A stretch of DNA of 64,000 nt from Calcarisporiella thermophila CBS 279.70 (lineage: Eukaryota > Fungi > Calcarisporiellomycota). The notes below the pieces were generated by a model. That model searched no databases and was not told the DNA's origin. It saw only the letters and a program-made list of their open reading frames with translations. A program made the position numbers and the translations under genes. Each line of letters opens with the position of its first letter. Position 1 is the stretch's first letter. The stretch is from positions 365,179 through 429,178 of the forward strand of contig NW_027192215.1 of the NCBI RefSeq assembly GCF_041956535.1, written 5' to 3'. This document shows, one piece after another, positions 50,846-63,267 of the stretch.

Positions 50846-53800
50846 CCCTTTAGGCATCGTGCCCAAGGTTGTCTNNNNNNNNNNNNNNNNNNNNCCCTGG
50901 ATGGTATCTGCTCCTTCGGAGCCCAAATCGTGCTTTATTCATAGTTACAGAAAATAATAATAAAACATAAAAAAGTATAAAATTGAAGTAAAATATTAGT
51001 CAAATTTTTCCAAATTGCTGTTTTTAGAAGTAATTGTAAAAAGTAATAATACTGAAAACAAAGTTATTTAAAAACAGTGTCTGCTCTGCCAAGAGCTGGA
51101 GCACTATGACGGTCCAAGAGGGGGTAAGAATACAATTCGAAAAATTACCACCCGAGGAGCCAGTAAGTCAATTTCACCTATCCAACCACGACCTACAGGC
51201 ATTAGACAAAGCAGTGGAAGAATTCTTAAAAGACGACGTCATAGAGAAAGCGAGTCCAAAAGCAAATGGCTTCCTATCCAATCTTTTTCCAAAGCGAGAA
51301 AAGACAAAAATACGGCCACTCCTGGACCTACGACGGATAAACCGATACATACAGTACCAACATTTCAAGATGGAAAGATTACCAACCATACGAGACATGA
51401 TCCAACCGGGAGACTACCTGATCAAGGTCAATCTGAGCAATGCATACCTAACAATACCGGTTCACCCGAAGAGCAGACCATATCTCTCGTTCAAACATCA
51501 AGGGGAGACGTACTCGTTCAAAGCGATGCCGTTCGGCTAGCTTCAGCTCCACGCATTTTCTCGAAACTAATGAAGGATGTATTAGAGCCATTAAGGAAAC
51601 AGGGTCTTCGCCTAACGTATTACCTCGACGACATCTGTTTAATGAATCAATCAGAAGCCCAAGCAAAGAATCAAGCACGGCTACTGATAGAGCATCTCCA
51701 AGCACTCGGCTTTATAATCAACGAAAAGAAATCGGAATTGAAGCCGAAGAAGCAACAGATATTCCTGGGGTTCGAAATCAACACAGAAACCATGGATATC
51801 AAGCTCCCAAAAGAAAAAATCGCGCGAATCAGACAAGATATAAAATCCGCAAAGGCAAAACCGAGGACAGCGAGGCAAATAGCGTCACTAGCTGGACTTT
51901 TAGCATCGACAGCACCCGCAGTGAGGCCAGCGTTCATCTTTCAACGGCACTTACAAAGAGACCTCGCAAAGCACCTTCAAAGAACCAATCAAGGATGGGA
52001 GAAGGTGATACCACTCTCAAAAGAAACGATAGAAGATTTGAAGAAGTGGGAAAACCTCCTAGACGTTCACAAGGGCTTACAAGTAAGAATTTCACCGCCG
52101 GACGAAACAGTGAACATAATGACAGGCGCATCAGGAACAGGATGGGGGATAGTGAGCATGCACCTAACAACACATGGCCGATGGACAGACCAAGAGAGAA
52201 AAACATCATCGAACCAGAAAGAGCTGCGGGCTATCCTCTTCGCTTTAAAGCTCCACACCAAACACTGGGAGAACAAACACATAAGGATCAAGACAGACAA
52301 CAAAACAGCTGTGGCCTATATCCAAAACCAGGGGGGTACGGTGAGTTTACCGTTAGTAGACATAGCCACAGAGATATGGGAAATCTGCTTGAGACACAAT
52401 ATTCAAATAACAGCAGAATACCTCCCAGGCAAACAAAACGCAGAGGCAGACAGGGAGAGCCGCCGGAAATCATCCCAACACGAATGGCAACTACCGGAAG
52501 AAGCATGGAGATTCATCAACAGGAACTGGGGAGAGAGAACAATAGATCTCTTTGCTTCACGCAACAACACGAAGCACCCACGATTCTTCAGTATGAAGCC
52601 AGACCCAGACGCCGAGGTAATCAGTGCCCTCTCGTAAAGATGGCCAACCAAAGGAGCCTACGCCAACCCACCGTGGATTCTACTCCCCAGAATTCTCAGA
52701 GAGATTTCGCTAAGAGAACTGGAAGAGATAGTGGTGATAACCCCCAACTGGACGACACAACCATGGATAGCACAAGCCCTAAATCTGACTATCCAACAAC
52801 CAGTTATCCTAGATCTTCAACACCTGAACTCACCAAGAGCACTCCCACGACACCCAGCACAGGTAATCGCATGGAAATTATCAGGCATGCATTCGAAACA
52901 CAGAGAGTTTTGGAGAAAGCAATTGAGATCATCTCCAAGAGAGAAAGGGCAACTACTGGGAAGCATCACAATTCAGCGTGGGAAAAACCCACATCATGGT
53001 ACAAAACGAATGATAGAGATACATGCGAGAACAACTTGCCTACGACCTCAATGTTTCTTACAGAAATAACACCACTAGAAGATACAGAACCATGTCCCGT
53101 GGGAGCAGCGCACCTATACATACCTCAAGCACAAGAGACTTCAATCGATTATTATGACTTTCTGACTTTTTTTACCACAACCCGCAAAACCCCAACTCCT
53201 GCAACTGGGGATACGATAACAAGATGGATCACAGAAATGCTGCCTGAATGCGGCACCCTAGCAACGGCCCACTCAACCAGAAGCACCACACCATCTCACG
53301 TGTTAGTACAAGGCGCTCCATTGGAAGCTATACTCGAAGCAGAGATAACTTTACGACGAAACACCATCCAGGGAGACNNNNNNNNNNNNNNNNNNNNNNN
53401 NNNNNNNNNNNNNNNNNNNNNNNNNNNNNNNNNNNNNNNNNNNNNNNNNNNNNNNNNNNNNNNNNNNNNNNNNNNNNNNNNNNNNNNNNNNNNNNNNNNN
53501 NNNNNNNNNNNNNNNNNNNNNNNNNNNNNNNNNNNNNNNNNNNNNNNNNNNNNNNNNNNNNNNNNNNNNNNNNNNNNNNNNNNNNNNNNNNNNNNNNNNN
53601 NNNNNNNNNNNNNNNNNNNNNNNNNNNNNNNNNNNNNNNNNNNNNNNNNNNNNNNNNNNNNNNNNNNNNNNNNNNNNNNNNNNNNNNNNNNNNNNNNNNN
53701 NNNNNNNNNNNNNNNNNNNNNNNNNNNNNNNNNNNNNNNNNNNNNNNNNNNNNNNNNNNNNNNNNNNNNNNNNNNNNNNNNNNNNNNNNNNNNNNNNNNN

Positions 53801-54211
53801 NNNNNNNNNNNNNNNNNNNNNNNNNNNNNNNNNNNNNNNNNNNNNNNNNNNNNNNNNNNNNNNNNNNNNNNNNNNNNNNNNNNNNNNNNNNNNNNNNNNN
53901 NNNNNNNNNNNNNNNNNNNNNNNNNNNNNNNNNNNNNNNNNNNNNNNNNNNNNNNNNNNNNNNNNNNNNNNNNNNNNNNNNNNNNNNNNNNNNNNNNNNN
54001 NNNNNNNNNNNNNNNNNNNNNNNNNNNNNNNNNNNNNNNNNNNNNNNNNNNNNNNNNNNNNNNNNNNNNNNNNNNNNNNNNNNNNNNNNNNNNNNNNNNN
54101 NNNNNNNNNNNNNNNNNNNNNNNNNNNNNNNNNNNNNNNNNNNNNNNNNNNNNNNNNNNNNNNNNNNNNNNNNNNNNNNNCTTCGTTCCCCTTGGGCTCT
54201 CGCCCAAAGGG
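50846..54211 (+). mobile_element. Degenerate DIRS-type tyrosine-recombinase retrotransposon (RT, RNase H, adenine MTase-like domain, YR remnant; gag absent)
   Basis: RPLLDLRRIN, HFKME, AYLTIP, MPFG/(L)ASAPRIF (1-nt deletion near 51537), YLDD. RNase H: SSNQKEL...TDNKTAVAYI...GG...LPGKQNAEADRESR. MTase: IDLFAS...AYANPPW. Overlapping frame carries CPV and AHSTRS. Inverted terminal matches at 50895-50905/53363-53373 and 50846-50868/54190-54211. Confidence 0.92.
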
Positions 54212-54653
54212 AAATAGAAGGATTAAGTTCTTCTTCTTGGACTCGAGTACTCAATATTAATTCATATATTGGTTAAATCTTCACGTAGAAGAAAGTCCTG
54301 AACTCTTTTTCATAAGCCTATATTCCTAAGCCATTTTGCTCAAGATGGCGCATAATCTAGGCGCAAGTAGGAGATACAATACATTTACATGTAGCTATCT
54401 TTACAAATAAAGGTGGGTCTTGAAATAAGAATTCATATTAATCATCTTTTCATTATGAAAATATCATATACAAAATAATTTTGATAGTAAGAAACAACCG
54501 TCCCACAAGATTTACAACAAAAGAGAAAGCTGCAAATGCACTTTTTGTTCTAACGTTTATAAACATTAAATAAAATTACAGGTAAAATTGGGAAATAAAA
54601 TAGGAAGCGGTGTTAAAAAGTCCATATGAGTTCCGCTTCTATTTTATGATCAC

Positions 54654-56543
54654 TCATGGCTTTATCTCCTTCAATGTCTCCATGAGCTCATAGGAAAGCC
54701 ATTGCTCTACTACTCCGCTTGTGGCGGTCATCGTGCGCAACAACCGAAGCGTTTCTACAAGGTTTTGGAAGCAAATTCGCCGTATTCTCTTACTGGGATG
54801 TATCTTTGCAATGACTTTACTCAGCTTGCAAATTTCGTGAGTGTGAATGAAGGGTGAGTATTCACACCAAGATTGGTTACGGATTGCCTCCTGTAAGATT
54901 CGAATAAGATTGAAGAGCCCCTGTTGGATAATACGAAAAGAAAGTGAGCTTGGGCAACAGATGTCCGCGACAAAGTCGATAGTCCTTCCTCACCTTGGTA
55001 TATTCCTCATAGGCTTTCCTCTGTAATTGCTGCATCAGCTCGGTGTCCAATCTCTTCGCAGGCGCATTTGATACTATAAACTGTTGCCACAGGTTGCACC
55101 AGTAGAGCCAGAAATCAGATCCGATCTCGAAGGTGAGTGAGCCTCGAAAACCTATACTGGGATATTGTTGCATTATTTTCCGGTGCTCTTGCTGTAGAAA
55201 TGCGGACAAAACAAAAAGATCTAGCATGATGGCATCGTCAGAGAGTGACCAGTCTATCTCTGCTATTTTGGACATTTTGTCGCATAGCGCCAAGTCCATC
55301 TGGAAGAGTAGCTGGTAAATCACGGGTTAGATCCCTTCAGTAGGTATCTAGTAGACTTGTAGAATATTCACCAGGAAATTTTTGTATTTTTCTCCGTCCG
55401 TCTCCCGCAAAGTTGGTTTGGGTGAATTGCGTATAACATTTAAATCGATGGTGACCGACTTTCCTCCGACATAAACAAACCAGAGCTCATATTTACAGAC
55501 AGTGCACCTGAGAAGAGAAGAAAGAAAAAATGAGAGATTTGTCATGTATGGGAGAAGAGAATGAGGGGGTAGAGGTGCAATATGAAACATAGTGAAATTT
55601 CTCGAGGATCATTTGAAAAATTAACTCACCAGATTCTTACTTGGAACTCTCTCTGAGTTGGATTGATTTCGTGCGGATTCTCTTTATCCATTTTAAGTGC
55701 GAGTGCCATTAAAGCAGCCTGTTTATAGTATGTATAGGTATCCTCTATTCGCCCAAAGACTCGCATACAACTTGCCATATTGAGAAAGGCGAGAACAGCC
55801 TGAGGGGTCGGAGTATCAAACACAGATTCCAAAGAGGATCTCGCCTGGCTCAGCAAACCTCCTACCATACTATATAATGATTTTGTCATCGGGGTCTGCT
55901 TGTGCGCCAGAACAAGATGCGCAGCCGAAAAAGCAATGGCTGTATTAACCAAAGAAGGGTCGAGTTTATCGCGATAGTATTCCTCTAAAAATTCTGTGCA
56001 TTCTGGGTGGTGTAGTGGAAAGAAGCACTCGCTTGTATAAATATGGAAGAGTTGGTCCGCAAACTGACAATGAAGTGGCAATGGTCTAACAGGCAGCATT
56101 AGGTCATTATTTTTAAACGGTTGGGGAAACTCGCGTATTCTAAAGAGGGTGCAGCGGTTGGACCGTGGAAAGTCCTCATTAGCACTGGAGATCTGGGTAA
56201 GAAAAGGGAATTCATTTGGGAGACTGGAATCGCTAGCATACTGAGCAGAGAGCAAGTTAAGGAGATCGCCAAGCGAATTAAGTGTGAGCTGGAATCGGAG
56301 GCCATCTCCGGATAGAAGTGCTACATTTGGATCAAGGTTACTCTGTACCCGAGCTGAGACCATGTTGGAGCTATTATCTCGTGAAGCGGAGGTGTTTGAC
56401 TTCTTTACTAGCGCATAGTCATCAGAATGAAGAGAATTCGTAGCATTAGGATTTAGTTCATTGGTAATGATCCTCTCTATCCTGGACATCTGGGAGGAGA
56501 GATCCGAAAGCTGCGTGGAGAGTGTCCAGTAGTGCGAATGCAT
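54654..56543 (-). CDS. Fungal-specific transcription-factor (middle homology region) protein, 4 coding exons; no Zn2Cys6 domain seen
   Basis: Coiled-coil LSDLSSQMSRIERII, then QLFHIY...FFPLHH...LVNTAIAFSA...QARSSL...DTPTPQAVLAFL...AALMALALKM...QVRIW-CTVCKYE. The last exon reads GLFNLIRILQ...LKEIKP* with the stop at 54654-54656. Confidence 0.75.
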
Positions 56544-58347
56544 GTCATCCCATTTCTCGCTCTACCAAGAAAACCACGGGGGAAAATCGACGCTTTCAAA
56601 CTCCACGGCTTTCAAATTTAGTCTGACCTTTTAAGTACTCTTTGTCAGCGCTTGCTCTGGGTTGAAAAAGCTTACGAGCTCTAGGCAGGATTGCTGTAGC
56701 AGAAACAAAGTTCGCACACGACGCCGCTCAATAGTGAGTTTGAAGAAAGGAGAAATCGGGCTATGCTGTGCCGAAGCCTGTAGCCACCGGAGGGGTTCCG
56801 CTGTTCCGAGCCCTTTCCACGGCCGGCTTTTTTTCGCCCATTTCTCGTTTTGCGTTCCACCCATAAGCCTTGAGCTCTTTCTCAGGGTCTTACAAGCTCG
56901 AGGCTGGTCACCCGAACAGCCACAAATCTGAGTTAAACAAATACACTCTAATTCAAATCAAGATTTAAGCCAAGATTGCAGATATTTAGCCCTGAACCTT
57001 TCTTGGATAGTATAGGATGTGCAAAGTACTGAGAATGCCTTGCTATCATGAAGGCATGAGCCTGTCCACTAGTACAGTAAACACAATCCACAAATTGCGT
57101 TTTTAAAGGAAGATATACTTTGACATTTGACAGTAGGTCTAATACCCTTACTTTATCCTCTATTTTCAAACTGTGTAAACTCTATATTAAATTTCATGGC
57201 ATTCTAGTTAATGCCGATATTTTACAGTTTGTAAGACGTCACACCTTTATCTACTACTCTCTCATCAAAGGATCCATGGTGATAGATGGGATGTGACCAT
57301 CACATCTCTATGCCATTCTCATGAAGTGCATGTTCGACCTTATGTCTGCAAAGTTGGAACAAGGATACTGATTCAATGGCCTTGTTTGGTATGGTTTGTC
57401 CGTTCTGTATCATGTAGAATAGTTCTCACGGCCCAGTGCATATTTTCAGGAGTCTACAAATTTCCCTATTTAGAGCATTGGACGATATTAATTTCTTGTT
57501 ACCTCGGATAGTGATGAGGGTAGATTAGAAGCAGCAGAGATTACTGGAGCATATTGAGGCGATGTCTGGCTTAATCTATGGCATGCATGATTCTCATTCC
57601 TGTATGACAGATGCACCTAAACAAAGAAAGATGTATATTTGCCGGGGCAAAGACGTTCCACAAAGCATATACGTCTATAAAATCAAGATAAGCAATTCTA
57701 TTAAACATTGTAACGCTGAGATAATAGGAAAAAAATGACACCAGATTATACACTATGTTCTATAGGAATAGCAGCGCTCGCAAGGTTCTGCATCGAAAGT
57801 GTGTGTGGTATCACAAAAAAAATCTGGAAATAGCGTGCTTCAAGATTGAGGATTTCTCAGAATGCGTCATGTATGCACAGTCAAAAATACGTCTTGGCTG
57901 AAAATATGGCCTGATTAAGTTTGGAATTCGCAGCTCCGACGTACGTCCTCTTTTCGATCCGTTGCTCTAAAACAACTGTAAGAGAAAAATTGCACCATCT
58001 GCCCTCTATCTTTGGCAAATGAACATTCACTAGCCCTCATTTTTCAGAAGGTTATGGCTCCGATAGTTATAGGTGATACTTGGTCTAGAGATCTTCTTAT
58101 CATAAAATAAATATTATATAGATGCATTTATTATATAGTGGTTGAACAAAACTGTATATTTGGGCTGGTATCGAGACTAATTATTCTTATTGAATTAGTA
58201 TTATAGAGTAGTGCTACATTAACTAAGCAGGTCATCAATGTGCTCGAGCAGCTAAGACGCAGATGCTCATCCTGATTTCCTGGTCCTACAGAGAAGCTTC
58301 CGTTACATTTTTTCCCCAAGATCCGATAACACATATGTAGAGAGCTT

Positions 58348-60160
58348 TTAGCTCGGCGTATTGATCGTGACCTCGCTATGGGAATGTTGCGGCTTTTCCG
58401 TTTCCACTTCTACATTCTCAGGTTTGTTCCCTCTCAATGGCACATGCTTTAGGCCACAAATCACCAAAAATCCAAACACCGTGATGCCTGCCAACACTCT
58501 GAATGCCAATTGAATGGCTTCCACGTAAGCATTGATTATTATTTCCCGTTGATCTTGTGAGAGATGGGCAAGAGCTTCCGGGTTCAAATCATTCATTGTC
58601 ACCTGAAATCCTGGCATTTGCTGGATAATGTGGTTCTGAAACGCGTTGTTCGTAATAGAGCCGATTAGCGGCAGGCATATGCAACCGCCAAGATTCGCCA
58701 TGGTGGTGGCGACAGCAGTCACCGTTCCGACATCCTTGTCATCTACGCCTGCTTGTACAGCGATGAGTTGCGTTTGAACGGCGAAACCAAGTCCAGCGCC
58801 CCCAATCAATAGATAGCCTATTTCCTGCCCTAAGCTGCTAGAGCGTGAAAGGGTTGAAGTGAGGCCCATTGAGATGGCCAAAACTCCCATCCCAATAATG
58901 CAGAGCGAGCGGTAGGATCCAGTTCGCTTGACGATAAATGTGGCGAGGGTGGAAAAAATAAATGCACCAAAAAGGAATGGAAAGAGATGCACACCCGAAA
59001 TGATGGCGGAGGTGTTGCGAGCAAGCTGGAAGAATAGAGGGATGTAAAAGACGACTCCGAACTAATAAGGATAGAGTAGGATATGAAATCAAACGCAAAC
59101 AATAATAAATTTAAGATACATTTAGGAAATATTTTTTGATCTTACCAGACTGAAGAACAAGGTGCACCTAGTGACCATGATAATTGGGAAATTTCTGTAC
59201 TTCCAACGCAGCAGTCTCAATGGCAATAGCGGTTCGGTCGCGAAATAATGCTCCACTAATATAAAAATGACTATACCCACTACGGTTGCAACAAGCAACC
59301 CCACTACTACTCCGCTGTTCCATGCGAACTCAGTTCCCCCCCAAGTCATGGCAAGTAGAAAAGTCACCAAAAATACCACCATCGAGATCATCCCAAGGAA
59401 ATCTATGCGCTTAATCTTCTCTTGCAAAGAACCGCCCGGTATTGGCAAGTGTAGATACCGAACCAGCGTGAAGGTGACAAATGGAAGCGTAATCAGATTT
59501 ATCCAAAAACACCATCTCCATGACACTGCATCGGAAAACACACCTCCAATAAATGGTCCCAATCCGTCTGTAACTACAAACACAATATTGATAAGATTCA
59601 TATACGTAGGTCTCTCTCTCTCGGTTGTTATATCTGCAAGGATAATGATCGTCACGCTCAGCAGTCCACCACCACCTATTCCGGCAATAGTTCGCCCCAA
59701 AATCAATGTCAGCATAGTAGGAGCCGCAGCACAAATGACACTTCCGATCACAAAGACCCAAACACACCACAACATCACGATTTTACGGCCAAAGATATCG
59801 CTGAGCTTGCCGTAGAGAGGCTGAATCGAGGTGGAGGTAAGCAGATAAGGGGTAGTGATCCATGCGATTAATTCGAATGAATTGAACTCTGCTGCAATTT
59901 TTGGCTGGGCTGTGGCGACTATGGTTTGATCAAGTGCGTAGAGGAACGACGAAATGCCGAGACTACAAAAGTACATCAAGGTTTAATTATCATGTCAACT
60001 AGAAATGAAAATCATTTTCATGGCCGAATCTGAACAATACAAACCCTAACAAAAGTAAGAATAACTGAAGCCTAGGCATATCTGAGGCGTACACCTTAAT
60101 GTCATTTTGCGTTTTTGGGAGCTTCTCTTCTCCCCCTTCAAGTCTGATTGAATCGGCCAT
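58348..60160 (-). CDS. MFS drug:H+ antiporter, DHA2 (14-TM) family, multi-exon
   Basis: ALDQTIVATAQP, QPLYGKLSDIFGRK, GRTIAGIGGGG, GPFIGGVFSDAVSWRWCFWINL, IDFLG, EPLLPLRL. Probable ATG at 60160 (MADSIRLEGG). Confidence 0.92.
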
Positions 60161-61451
60161 TGGGATTCTTAATCTCCACTACAACCCTACTGATCCTTCG
60201 GTGTTAAAGAAAATGAAAATACAAGTAGAGTTCTATAAACATGAAAGTGCCACCGACTAAGCGTTACACAACCGCAAACTGGCCCTGACAAGAGCAATGG
60301 ATTTTTATATCCCCTTGTGCGTAAATATCGCAACAAAATAGCACTCTCCGCTAACATTAAATAGCTCCTTCTAATCGGCTCAATGGTAAGGAGAGAGGAA
60401 GGGGGATAAGGGAGGGCAATGGCTTGAATGGGCCTATAGGAAACTACTGGAGTTTCATTGAGGGCAGCGTAGCGAAGAACCGACCTAGGAGCGAGGCGGG
60501 CTTAGATATGCTCGGCATAATTGAAATCAACCTTATGTCGAGGCAAGTAAGTCCCACAGGTAAATCAATGCAAGATTCTAATTCCCTAAACAACCACAGA
60601 AACAGCCCTTAGCAGCGGGATAAAATTTTCCCCCGTGGAGAGCTCAAGTGATAGGTGCTTGTATTCAATTTCAACACTCGGAGTCAAACCATCCTCGGCG
60701 GTAACTCCCTTGCTAATCGCGCAAGCCTTGCAAAGAGTGCTTGGAAACATATCCACAATCTTTCCTGCCCAATTAACTTGCGCCATTTGTGCGGGGTTTC
60801 GGTATTCTTGTGGCGCAGCCTGAATTTGAACTTCGAAATGTAAGCACTGGGTTTGAGAAAATGATTGACAAGTTATTAATATGTTTGCAATAGTATACTA
60901 GGAAACAACTTCTTCCACAGGTTCCGAAAGTACCAACTTTGGCAGCATCCTGCCAGCATTGGGAATAGCCATACAAGCGTCGCTGGAACTTTAATCAAAC
61001 GGATTGAATGGATGATACTTATTTCATACTATCATGCGATGAAAGGCTAGTGTTCCTACTTTTGTCGAAAAGCTAATTTTTCACAGCCTACTCATAATGA
61101 CACGTACCATAGAATATTTATATCGTAGAGAGTGGTCTTATCGCGCTGATGAATATTCCGACTGGATTTTGCCAAATCAAAAGCATTACATTTGCATCCA
61201 ACATTCCTATTTACGAATGGCTTAATAATCAGCTGGACTCATAATTCAACTAGCGAAAAATGAAGCGCACATTGAATATCAGTTTTGGATTGAAAGCTGT
61301 TTTATTTGATAAATAGGTGTACAGGATTATGGAAAAAGGCATGGGGAATAGGTATGAAGTAAATGAAGAAGAAATGGAAAAATAAATAAAATAAATAGAG
61401 TATTGACATGTGCTTGAATATTATAATTCATGTTTAATCATAATTCTCGAC

Positions 61452-63267
61452 CTACCCCAAAACATGGAGATAAAATGTTAGGAAGGCGGTCATGGTCAGT
61501 AGGGATACCAGGTACATCACAAGCAGAACGCTGCCAATTTCGCGTGATTCTCCATCGGGGGAATAAAGTTGAGTGAGAACTACGCATGAAGAAGCAGTGG
61601 GCACGCAACCAATAAATAAAACGACAAACCTTAGAAAGAAGGAGTAAAATAAAAATAAATAAATAAATAAAAACGAATTTATTGATATCATCATTATCTA
61701 AGCATTCTGGTATACCTAAGTATTTTGTCCTCTGGATTGATCAAATGAGCTGCATAGGTTAAAGCAAAATTCATACCTATACCGGCCATGGGAAGGAGAA
61801 TGAGTTTGGATACCACGAGGAGGACGATGACTTTGGGGGATACTGATTTGAATGAGAGGCGAGCAAGGCCTCCACCCAGGCATATTAATCCCTATTCCAA
61901 ATGAGAGTAAGTAAAATTCACTGAAGAATCAAAAAGAAACACGCCCCGTCTGGAGACTTTTAAGAATAAAGATATTAATATGAATCTAATATATTTACCA
62001 TTGGAACTGCGGCCATTCCAATTGAATCAGCGGTGTCCTTCAAAAACGAAAGAGGAGGACTGGAATTGTTTGGGGTAACAACAAAAAGTGCTCTGAGTTG
62101 TGGAATCAATGCAACAATCAAGCCTACTAGCAGAGCAATATTGGGAGGATTGAAGGCGTTTCCTAGCTGCTCTCTCAGTCTTCTGAAACGCTTCCCAACT
62201 AAACGAATTCTGTTGGTATCGGGAGTAATCATCTCTTTTTTGGGAAAGGTTTTGGAAAATTCTAGCTCTGAAGGAAGCTTCTGAGGTTTGGTATCTAATG
62301 AAATCACAGTGATAACCTCCTCCTCTTCCTGGACACTATGGCTTTCCATGTCATTCGTTTCCAATGTAGAAGATTTGTCTTCCGGCGGGCTCGACTCTTT
62401 TTGCGATACTTTGGCAAAATCCCATTGGAAAAGCTTGTATCCTGCGCCCCAAAGTGTTAAATTAAATACCGCCAAGACGACCGATGCATAGGCTACACCC
62501 GTATCACTATCACCCTTACGAAACGGTGGCGATTCACCAAGAGACATTAGAACGGCAATCGGTATATCACCCTAACAATGCAGTTCATATTATGGATAGA
62601 AAGAGGTGAGTGCAAGCAGAATTACCATAGTAATTCGGAGCAAATGCTCTAACAGGTCCACTTACCCAATTACCCCAAGTTGATACTGCGATGACCGCAT
62701 AGGAAAAGTTGCCTGGCAAACGGCAGAAACGTCTAATAAGGCACCCTAACAGGAATCCCATGACTAAATAGAAAATTGCTATCAAAGCTATGACCCTAAT
62801 GCCACAAAGTAATGTAGTAAGAGTCAGAGCCCACCTTCCCCGGTTATCAGAATGAACAGAATGCCTTGGTCCTTCAGTTAAAACTCACCCAACATCTTCG
62901 ATATTCTCTAAGCTGATACCCGCAACGGTCTTCGAAAAAAGTAAAGAGGGAGATAAGAAGTTGACGATGACCTAGAACGAGGAAGGCCGTGAGAATGGAT
63001 TTTTCATAAGGCTAATTTTTTCTTTCTACCGTTAAGCTTATTCACCTTGGATATCAACTTTAGCCCCATCCCGTCTAGGATACCTGCTCTCGCCATCAAT
63101 GCACCTCCGGCTAGCATCAGAAAAAGAAAAGGCGAGAATAAGAAATAAATTTACGCTTGCGCGCACAATCCATCAATAGAAAATTGGCGCCCAGCCCTAC
63201 CAGAAGCAATGAAAATCTTTAGGACCGGCCTAACGCTAATCCATATCAGCTCTCCTAGTGTCGCCAT
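61452..63267 (-). CDS. Auxin efflux carrier (Mem_trans/PILS, ECM3-like) family transporter, multi-exon
   Basis: MATLGELIWISVRPVLKIF, IVNFLSPSLLFSK, WGNW-GDIPIAVLMSLGESPPF...GVAY, NPPNIA, PPLSFL...IGMAAVP, DKILRFVVLFIGCVPTA. Confidence 0.88.

Noticed and set aside
56948-57169. CVYC-containing ORF as the missing Zn2Cys6 exon
   Set aside because: It has only one CxxC and lacks the basic residues and remaining cysteines.
8529-63267. One large biosynthetic cluster linking the NRPS with the TF and MFS genes
   Set aside because: They are over 40 kb apart and separated by housekeeping genes (MME1, NTA1, CaMK, NEO1).
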